Positions 46,790 to 56,961 of a DNA stretch of 64,000 nucleotides are shown here, piece by piece. The DNA lies in contig NIVC01000493.1 in the NCBI GenBank assembly GCA_002269645.1, positions 1 through 64,000 on the forward strand. Reading direction: 5' to 3'. Numbering within the stretch: the first letter of the stretch is position 1; every line of letters starts with the position of its first letter. This DNA is from Macrostomum lignano. Lineage: Eukaryota. A program made the translations under genes and the position numbers. The notes under the pieces are model-generated. The model worked only from the letters and a program-made list of their open reading frames with translations, searched no databases and was not told the DNA's origin.

Positions 46790-49700
46790 CTGCAATTTAA
46801 CAGTGATGGAATAGTATTTTTGCTATTCACCGGTTCAGCCTCGCTATTCACCGGTTCAGCCTAGCTATTCACAGGTTCAGCCTCATTATTCACCGGTTCA
46901 GCCTCACTATTAACCAGTTCAGCCTCATTATTCACCGGTTCAGCCTCATTATTCACCGGTTCAGCCTCACTATTCACCAGTTCAGCCTCATTATTCACCG
47001 GTTCAGCCTCACTATTCACCGGTTCAGCCTCACTATTCACCAGTTCAGCCTCGCTATTCACCGCTTCAGCCTCGCTATTCACCAGTTCAGCCTCGCTATT
47101 CACCGGTTCAGCCTCACTATTCACCGGTTCAGCCTCATTATTCACCGGTTTAGCCTCACTATTCACCGGTTCAGCCTCACTATTCACCGGTTCAGCCTCG
47201 CTATTCACCGGTTCAGCCTCATTATTCACCAGTTCAGCCTCATTATTCACCGGTTCAGCCTCACTATTCACCAGTTCAGCCTCATTATTCACCGGTTCAG
47301 CCTCACTATTCACCGGTTCAGCCTCACTATTCACCAGTTCAGCCTGGCTATTCACCGGTTCAGCTTGGCTATTCACCGGTTCAGCCTCATTATTCACCGG
47401 TTCAGCCTTGCTATTCACAGGTTCAGCCTCACTATTCACCGGTTCAGCCTCGCTATTCACCGGTTCAGCCTGGCTATTCACCGGTTCAGCCTCACTATTC
47501 ACCAGTTCAGCCTGGCTATTCACCAGTTCAGCCTGGCTATTCACCAGTTCAGCCTGGCTATTCACCAGTTCAGCCTGGCTATTCACCAGTTCAGCCTGGC
47601 TATTCACCAGTTCAGCCTGGCTATTCACCAGTTCAGCCGCACTTAAAAACAAAACAGCCAATTAGACGATATATAGAAAACCAGCCGAAGCGAAAAGCAA
47701 TCAGACCAACCTTAATAGCGGCGCAGATGGCAGCCAGGGTCAGCGGTACGCGGGCCAGGTAAGACTGCCGAGCGGGCGTCATGCGCACAATAGAATAGAT
47801 GAACGCGCCGGAGACAGCACCACCCAGGGCCCAGTTTCGCACCAGATCGCGGCCGCCCTGCAGCTGCGAGCTGATTGACACGGTGCCAGCGTGTAGCAGA
47901 GAGGCCATGATGCCGCCAGCCCACGAGTACGCTAGTAACGGGATGGGTTGGCTAAGCCAGTGTGAGATTTCCTTACACTACCATTGTTTCATTATTAATT
48001 AGTTCATTTTTAAAGGAAGCATGAAGATTACATGAAGTCTTTAGTTAAGGATGAAGATTACCTGAAGTCTTTAGGGAAGGATGAGAATTGCCTGAAGTCT
48101 TTAGGAAAGGATGCAGATTACCTGAAGTCTTTAGGGAAGGATGAAGATTGCCTGAAGTCTTTAGGGAAGGATGAAGATTACCTGAAGTCTTTAGGGAAGG
48201 ATGGGGATTGCCTGAAGTCTTTAGGGAAGGATGAGGATTGCCTGAAGTCTTTAGGGAAGGATGAGGATTGCCTGAAGTCTTTAGGGAAGGATGAAGATTA
48301 CCTGAAGTCTTTAGGGAAGGATGGGGATTGCCTGAAGTCTTTAGGGAAGGATGAGGATTGCCTGAAGTCTTTAGGGAAGGATGAGGATTGCCTGAAGTCT
48401 TTAGGGAAGGATGAAGATTACCTGAAGTCTTTAGGGAAGGATGAGGATTGCCTGAAGTCTTTAGGGAAGGATGAAGATTACATGAAGTCTTTAGGGAAGG
48501 ATGAGGATTGCCTGAAGTCTTTAGGGAAGGATGAGGATTGCCTGAAGTCTTTAGGGAAGGATGAGGATTGCCTGAAGTCTTTAGGGAAGGATGAAGATTA
48601 CCTGAAGTCTTTAGGGAAGGATGAGGATTGCCTGAAGTCTTTAGGGAAGGATGAAGATTACATGAAGTCTTTAGGGAAGGATGAGGATTGCCTGAAATCT
48701 TTAGGGAAGGATGAGGATTACCTGAAGTCTTTAGGAAAGGATGAAGATTACCTGAAGTCTTTAGGGAAGGATGCAGATTACCTGAAGTCTTTAGGGAAGG
48801 ATGCAGATTACCTGAAGTCTAACTTTGGGAAGGACGCAGATTACCTGAAGTCTTTTGGGAAGGACGCAGATTACCTGAATTCTAATTTAGGGAAGGATGC
48901 AGATTACCTGAAGTCTAATTTAGGGAAGGATGCAGATTACACACTGAAGTCTAATTTAGGGAAGGATGAAGATTACCTGAAGTCTAATTTAGGGAAGGAC
49001 GCAGATTACCTGAAGTCTAATTTAGGGAAGGATGAAGATTACCTGAAGTCTAATTTAGGGAAGGATGCAGATTACCTGAAGTCTTTTGGGAAGGACGCAG
49101 TTTACCTGAAGTCTTTTGGGAAGGATGCAGATTACCTGAAGTCTTTAGGGAAGGATGAAGATTACCTGAAGTCTAATTTAGGGAAGGATGCAGATTACCT
49201 GAAGTCTAACTTTGGGAAGGACGCAGATTACCTGAAGTCTTTTGGGAAGGACGCAGATTACCTGAAGTCTAATTTAGGGAAGGATGCAGATTACCTGAAG
49301 TCTATTTTAGGGAAGGACGCAGATTACCTGAAGTCTAATTTAGGGAAGGATGCAGATTACCTGAAGTCTAATTTAGGGAAGGATGCAGATTACCTGAAGT
49401 CTAATTTAGGGAAGGATGCAGATTACACACTGAAGTCTAATTTAGGGAAGGATGAAGATTACCTGAAGTCTAATTTAGGGAAGGACGCAGATTACCTGAA
49501 GTCTAATTTAGGGAAGGATGAAGATTACCTGAAGTCTAATTTAGGGAAGGATGCAGATTACCTGAAGTCTAACTTTGGGAAGGACGCAGATTACCTGAAG
49601 TCTTTTGGGAAGGATGAAGATTGCCTGAAGTCTAATTTAGGGAAGGATGCAGATTACCTGAAGTCTAACTTTGGGAAGGACGCAGATTACCTGAAGTCTT

Positions 49701-51460
49701 TTGGGAAGGACGCAGATTACCTGAAGTCTAACTTTGGGAAGGACGCAGATTACCTGAAGTCTTTTGGGAAGGACGCAGATTACCTGAAGTCTAATTTAGG
49801 GAAGGATGCAGATTACCTGAAGTCTAATTTAGGGAAGGATGCAGATTACCTGAAGTCTTTTGGGAAGGACGCAGATTACCTGAAGTCTTTTGGGAAGGAT
49901 GCAGATTACCTGAAGTCTTTTGGGAAGGACACAGATTACCTGAAGTCTTTTGGGAAGGATGAAGATTGCCTGAAGTCTTTAGGGAAGGATGAAGATTGCC
50001 TGAAGTCTTTAGGGAAGGATGAAGATTACCTGAAGTCTAATTTAGGGAAGGATGCAGATTACCTGAAGTCTAACTTTGGGAAGGACGCAGATTACCTGAA
50101 GTCTTTTGGGAAGGACGCAGATTACCTGAAGTCTTTTGGGAAGGACGCAGATTACCTGAAGTCTAATTTAGGGAAGGATGCAGATTACCTGAAGTCTAAT
50201 TTAGGGAAGGATGCAGATTACCTGAAGTCTATTTTAGGGAAGGATGCAGATTACCTGAAGTCTTTTGGGAAGGATGCAGATTACCTGAAGTCTTTAGGGA
50301 AGGATGAAGATTACCTGAAGTCTAATTTAGGGAAGGATGCAGATTACCTGAAGTCTAACTTTGGGAAGGACGCAGATTACCTGAAGTCTTTTGGGAAGGA
50401 CGCAGATTACCTGAAGTCTTTTGGGAAGGACGCAGATTACCTGAAGTCTAATTTAGGGAAGGATGCAGATTACCTGAAGTCTTTTGGGAAGGATGCAGAT
50501 TACCTGAAGTCTATTTTAGGGAAGGACGCAGATTACCTGAAGTCTTTTGGAAAGGATGCAGATTACCTGAAGTCTATTTTAGGGAAGGATGCAGATTACC
50601 TGAAGTCTATTTTAGGGAAGGATGCAGATTACCTGAAGTCTAATTTAGGGAAGGACGCAGATTACCTGAAGTGTTATTTAGGGAAGGATGCAGATTACCT
50701 GAAGTCTAATTTAGGGAAGGATGCAGATTACCTGAAGTCTAATTTAGGGAAGGATGAAGATTACCTGAAGTCTAATTTAGGGAAGGATGAAGATTACCTG
50801 AAGTCTAATTTAGGGAAGGACGCAGATTACCTGAAGTCTAATTTAGGGAAGGATGAAGATTACCTGAAGTCTAATTTAGGGAAGGATGCAGATTACCTGA
50901 AGTCTTTTGGGAAGGACGCAGATTAACTGAAGTCTTTTGGGAAGGATGCAGATTACCTGAAGTCTTTTGGGAAGGACACAGATTACCTGAAGTCTTTTGG
51001 GAAGGATGAAGATTGCCTGAAGTCTTTAGGGAAGGATGAAGATTGCCTGAAGTCTTTAGGGAAGGATGAAGATTGCCTGAAGTCTTTAGGGAAGAATGTA
51101 GATTGCCTGAAGTCATTGAATCTAAACAAATCCCTTTTAAAACTGTTTAAAAGCACTCTTAACTACCAAATGCAATCAAGATGCATGAAAATTCTCACCA
51201 ATCTTATAAATTGGTTCCCATCTGCTAGGAAACTTCGGATTGCGACCAAAAGTAGCCAAGTGAAAAATGCCAACCGTAACGCCGAGCGAGCCGCCAACCC
51301 GAACGGCGAGATCTGCCCGCTTCATGAAGTCTTTGTCGCCGTCTTTCAAGTACACGTACTTGTACATGCTGGGGCTCGGTCTGGACCCAACATTGCGAAC
51401 AAATTTTCCATTGACCATGACAGGGTCATCAATGATCTTTTCGTTGCCATTGTAGGCCAT
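46640..51460 (-). CDS. NDUFA11: NDUFA11-like (Tim17/22/23 family) complex I accessory subunit, three exons, ~210 aa
   Basis: Exons 51460-51199, 47931-47711 and 46789-46640 are in phase. DGDKDFMKRADLAVRVGGSLG...ISSQLQGGRDLVRNWALGGAVSG...AAICAAIK resembles the NDUFA11 pattern (PDGxDC.., ISAHVR..DDPLNYFLGGCAGG, AASLVK), recalled from memory. Confidence 0.75.
46822..47637. repeat. 21-bp tandem repeat CTATTCACC(G/A)GTTCAGCCTCA in NDUFA11-like intron 2
   Basis: Visible. Confidence 0.95.
47711..47931 (-). CDS. NDUFA11: NDUFA11-like exon 2
   Basis: AYSWAGGIMASLLHAGTVSISSQLQGGRDLVRNWALGGAVSGAFIYSIVRMTPARQSYLARVPLTLAAICAAIK. Confidence 0.8.
48030..51118 (+). repeat. 30/33/36-bp tandem repeat in NDUFA11-like intron 1, containing a 964-codon ORF (48032-50926)
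   Basis: Units CTGAAGTCT(AAT)TTAGGGAAGGATGCAGATTAC, roughly 90 within the ORF. Confidence 0.95.
51199..51460 (-). CDS. NDUFA11: NDUFA11-like exon 1
   Basis: ATG at 51460; GTGAGA donor in phase 1. Confidence 0.78.
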
Positions 51461-51529
51461 TGTTTAGGCCGCTGAATAATATGAAAACGTTATTATTACA
51501 TTATTACTGCACTATAAATGCATCTGACC

Positions 51530-53290
51530 ATAAAACATAAAAGACCACCATGTGGAACATTAAAGAGCCACCAAGTCAAACATAAAAGAGCCACCATGTC
51601 AAACATTGAAGAGCCAACCATCTCAAACATTAAAGAGCCAACATTTCAAACATAAAAGAACCACCATGACAAACATATATGTGACTCCATGTAAAACATA
51701 TACGTGATTCTATGTCGAACATTAAAGAGCCACCATGTCGAACATCAAAGAGCTACCATGTCAACCATTAAAGAGCCACCATGTCAACCATTAAAGAGCT
51801 ACCATGTCAAACATTAAAGAGCCACCATGTCAAGCATAAAAGAGCCACCATGTCAAGCATAAAAGAGCCACCATGTCAAACATTAAAGAGCCACCATGTC
51901 AAACATATACGTGACTCCATGCCAAACATTAAAGAGACACCATGTCGAACATTAAAGAGCCACCAAGTCAAACATTAAAGAGCCACCATGTCGAACATCA
52001 AAGAGCTACCATGTCAAACATTAAAGAGCCACCATGTCAAGCATAAAAGAGCCACCAAGTCAAGCATAAAAGAGCCACCATGTCAAGCATATAAGAGCCA
52101 CCATGTCAAACATTAAAGAGCCACCATGTCAAACATATACATGACTTCATGTCAAACATATGCGTGACTCCATATACGTGACTTCATGTCAAACATATAC
52201 GTGACTTCATGTCAAACATTAAAGAGCCACCGTGTCGAACATTAACGAGCCAACATATCAAGACTAAAAAAGCTACCATGTCAAACATTAAAAGGCCACC
52301 ATGTCAAACCTAAAAGAACCACCACGTCAAACATATACGTGACTTCATGTCAAACATATACGTGACTTCATGTCAAACATTAAAGAGCCACCATGTCGAA
52401 CATTAAAGAGCCACCATGTCAAAAATTAAAGAGCCACCATGTCAAACATTAAAGGGCCACCATGTTAAACATCATACATGCGCAACAGTCGGCCGAGTCC
52501 GCCGATCCGGCCGACCGATTTGGCGGCCAACCAAGGAAGTCGCAAAAATGCCCACCCGAAAAAACACCAAGTAGTAGTACTAAGTAGCTGACGAGGCATT
52601 TTGGCTTTATAAGACAGTCAAGTTACTCCTGCCGTTTACCCAAAGTTGTGTTAATTTTGCTTTCGGGTTTTTTACATGTAAGTCGCATTTTTGGCCAAAA
52701 CTACGTCGCATTTTTGTTAAAACTAAGTCGCACGGCCGACCGAATTTTGGAGGCTGCGCATGTATGTCAAACATTAAAGAGCCACCATGTCAAACATTAA
52801 AGGGCCACCATGTCAAACATTAAAGAGCCACCATGTCAAACATTAAAGAGCCACCATGTCAAATATGAACGAACCTCAATGTCAAACATATTCGTGACTC
52901 CATGTCAAACATTAATGAGCCACCATGTCAAACATAAAAGAACCACCTTGTTAAACATATACGTGACTCCATGTCAAACGTTAAAGAGCCACCATGTCAA
53001 ACATTAAACAGCCACTGTGTCAAACATAAAAGAGCTATCATGTATAACATAAAAGAGCCACCATGTTAAGCATAAAAGAGCCACCATTTCAAACATTAAG
53101 GAGCCGCCATGCCAAAAATAAATAAGCTACCATGTCAGACATAAAAGAGCCACCATGTCGAACATTAATGAGCCAGCATGCCAAACATAAAAGACCTACT
53201 ATTATGTCAGACATAAAAGAGCCACAATATCAAACATAAAGGAGGCATCATTTCAAACGTAAAAAAATGCGTCATGCCAAACATAAATAA
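51530..53290. repeat. Degenerate 23-bp satellite AAACATTAAAGAGCCACCATGTC
   Basis: Visible; interrupted by a MITE at 52473-52766. Confidence 0.92.
52473..52766. mobile_element. ~295-bp MITE (hAT-like) inserted in a 23-bp satellite
   Basis: TIR CATACATGCGCA / TGCGCATGTATG; flanks TTAAACAT and TCAAACAT form a 7/8-matching TSD. Confidence 0.82.
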
Positions 53291-53359
53291 GCCACTATAA
53301 AGCTAAGGAAATTGTTGCACTAGCTACTTGTTGTCTGGTAGATGCTTGCTATTTAAGAA

Positions 53360-53860
53360 TAGATAATTACTATCAGGGGATGCTGCTATCTGAGGGATGC
53401 TATGGGAGCTATCTGAGCTATTGGAGGGAGGTGCTTGCTATTTGAAGGATTCTTGCTATCTGGGGTAACCTGCTATTGGGGGATGCTTGCTCTTGGGGAA
53501 TGGAGGGTACTTGCTATCTAAGAGGGGGTTGCAAGCTATTGCTGTCTATAAGGATTCTTTGTATCTAGGGATGCTCTGGGGTGTGCTTGCTATCTGGGAG
53601 ATGCCTGCATAGTGTCTGGAGATGCTTGCATACTGATGCTGTCTGGGGATGCTCGCTATCTGGGGGATTCTTGCTATCTGGGATATGCTTGCATGCTGTC
53701 TGGGGATGTTTGCATACTGTCTGGCGATGCCTGCTATCAGGGGATGCTTGATATTGGGGATGCCAGAGGCTTGCTCTCTGGGGGGGGGTACTTGCTATAT
53801 TGAGAAGAGGGGTTGCTAACTGGGGGTGCTTGCTATCTGGGGGGATGTTGGTTGTCTTGG
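53360..53860. repeat. Degenerate repeat TGCTTGCTATCTGGGGGA
   Basis: Loosely periodic. Confidence 0.7.
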
Positions 53861-53929
53861 GATGTTTTCTTTTAGATGTAATGTCTGTTGTCTTTGTGAA
53901 GGCTTTATTTTGCTGTCTTTTTGTTACTT

Positions 53930-56900
53930 GTAGAGAACAGATATTCCATCCAGATGTCCCACATTGGGGGGCGAAAATTGCTAGTAGTTATACTCATTTT
54001 AATGTTTAATTTAAGCTATTATTTAATTGAAAGGGCCATGCTATTGATTTAATATCTACCAAATTCAAAACAAATTGATATTAAAAACTGTTTTATTTTT
54101 TAAATAGCTGTTGAATCTTAAAAGATGGCAAAAATATTGTATATTGTGATATCAAACATTTGACACAAATAACCAAAAATAGTCTTACTTAACATATCTA
54201 TTTTTTTGCATAAAAAACTGCTACGTTTGCTAAAATTTACCACCTTTAATTCACCATTTTGACCTTCTGTTGTTTTGTTTAGACCTCCATATTGTGGACC
54301 CCATATTGTTATGTACTAGAAAAAACAGTTTTAAAGATTTATTACAAATACAAATCTGGTTTAAACTAGTTGAAAATGCCTAGAGCAGCTTTGCCTAGCC
54401 TTTGGCAATAGTACAACTTAGAAAACAACCATTGTACACTGGTTTGCCAAATTTTGTCAATGCCAAGCATTATTTAAAGACATAAAGCCAAGCTGGACAA
54501 GCACAAAGCTCAACAACTGATGATCCATGAACAATGGTTCAACAGTTAGCCACTGCTATTGGCATTTCATCAGGAAGTATATCAACCATTCTGCATAAAA
54601 AGCTTGGGCTAAGCAAAGTGTCTGCCTATGAAGCACTTCTTTACCTAATTGAGGAGCAGAAGCAAGTTCAAGTTGATTGGTGCCAAGCCCAGCTAGACAG
54701 ATTTGATGAAGGTAGGTTAGCAAGCACCTGGGAGGTCATGGTCATTAGTAAAGATGAGACTCAGGTGTAAAGCTTCAACCTCAAAAGTAAATAGCAGTTG
54801 TTGCAACAGGCCCCTGTAGGAAACAGCCTACCTTCAAAATTGGCCTTGTCACCACGTAGATAATGGCTGATTTTTTGCTTGTAGCACTCTAGTAGCAGTT
54901 ATTCTATAATAGAAACACAGCAAAAAGTGACTGACGACTGGTATGTGATATTATATCTACCACAGGTGCAACAAGCTATTGTTGAGAGATGCCCAAAGAT
55001 GCATTGGGGGCTCCTATTCTATCAGGACAATGCCTTGACCTAAATAGCTCAATAAACTATTGAGTTTATATAGTAGAATCAATATCTAGATATTTTAGCA
55101 TCCACTCTATAGCCTTGTACAACTTCTTTGTCTTTCCTTGGGTCAAGTATCTATTCAAAGGAGTTTGATTTGAGTCACCAGAACTGGCTATTATGGTATT
55201 TTGGAATAATATGCATATTTAATCATATTAATAGAATACAAATAAATCTAAAGACACTAAAACACTATACTAATATAGTAAAAATATATATACATACTAT
55301 TATATTATTTAATAATAAAAATGATATAAGCAAGCTTTATATAAATATTTTACTTTTTATGTATAATAACATATGCTTTAAAAATATGCACTTTGAATTT
55401 GAATAAATTAAATCAATATGGAACGTTACTTATTGGCTGGGAAAGGTATTGCTAAATAGATAGAAGTTGAAATACTATACTATAATTTTGATTTTTTGCA
55501 TTATAAATATGAATTATATGGATATAAATCAAAACAGTCACATATAGGATAGCTGCCAAACAACAAAATGGCCCCATATAATTTTTTGTTGTTATGCTGA
55601 TGCACAAATTATCTGCAATGGCATAGCTCATTAGTAGGCATTTAATGTATGTTTTGTTATTATTATAACTATTTAACCTTACAAGTTGGACATAATTTGT
55701 GTATAAAATACATTTTGATATAGCTCAGTATGATAATTTTTGCAGAAATAGCAGAATTAAATGTTTCTATATATATAAAGTGTTACACAATTCATTCAAA
55801 TTGACATTCTAACATTCCAATAAAATTATTAGAAAGTTCTAAATTGCAATTGTAAATAAACAAAAAATTGAACAAAAAAACTAAAAATAAAACAGAAATA
55901 AAATGAAACAAAAGAAAACAGAAGTTTATAACAACACTATTTTTAAATTAAAAGCATATTTTAGTTTTTTCGCAGCTTTTTCTGTTCTGCTGAAGCCGTA
56001 CTTGTACTATGAGCTTTGCGCTTCCTGGCAGCTTGAAGTAATACCTGTTGGGCTTTGCACCAGTGATGTAAACGCAGGCGTGTATACAAAGATGAGAGAG
56101 ATGAATAAAGAAATTTATTTGGAGTGGCTAAAAGGGGTATAAATCTAAGGAATGCAGGCAACTAAGCTGAGTTATTATATACTAGGCATCAAATAGATAG
56201 GATATATAGACAGAAAGACAAGCGAAAAACATAGTCTATGGCAAAATAAATCTCAATACATTCAGGTTGATGAAAAAAGCCAGCACTACTCACAAATCAC
56301 TTTACCTTAGAAGTAGCATAGCTAGCAAACAGTTTTTGCCTCAAAATTTTTTTGCAGGGACCTTGATTGAGCATTCTGGTGTATTCTGTGGTTATAATGA
56401 ACTATTTCTAGAAAGACTTTTAAATGATTATAAAATTGAAGAACTATTAAAAGACTGTCAATAAAATTATTTTAACAGGAATAATGTTATTGATAATATT
56501 TTAAAGCTAACTTTCTAAGTGTTTTTAAAGTTTTTGTTGTAGCCATTTTTGTTTGAATATAAGTCAATATTACCCTTTCTTTCATTGCTTAAGAACTGTA
56601 AAATGCCCAAGGGCAAGGCAAAGGATATTAGGTAATAAATAGACTTGGTATCATAGTTAATAAAATAGGTAGGACATGGATTGTATCAGTCATTTACTTC
56701 AGAGCAATATATATTCATCAAAATATGCTTTTTTAATAATCATAAAATATAATATACTAAACAAACATAAAGAGTAGGCCTACCCTACCATTCAAATTAT
56801 GTAATAGGCCTACCCATTTCTATTTTGGTACTTTTTAAGTCAATACTTAAAATGGCCCTTTCAATTAAATAATAGCTTAAATTAAACATTAAAATGAGTA

Positions 56901-56961
56901 TAACTACTAGCAATTTTCGCCCCCCAATGTGGGACATCTGGATGGAATATCTGTTCTCTAC
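53930..56961. repeat. Pair of ~125-135-bp inverted repeats ~3 kb apart (53930-54065 and 56825-56961)
   Basis: GTAGAGAACAGATATTCCATCCAGATGTCCCACATTGGGGGGCGAAAATTGCTAGTAG... is a near-perfect reverse complement of 56850-56961. Confidence 0.88.
54420..55165 (+). mobile_element. Degraded mariner transposase remnant
   Basis: QQLATAIGISSGSISTILHKKLGLSKVSA (HTH, normally followed by RWVP), LDRF...SKDETQV (first catalytic D region) and LLFYQDNA (second D); many stop codons. Confidence 0.85.

Noticed and set aside
46861-47661. 266-aa AEPVNSE repeat ORF in the same orientation as NDUFA11
   Set aside because: It lies between a clean donor (47710) and acceptor (46790) whose flanking exons join in phase, so it is intronic.
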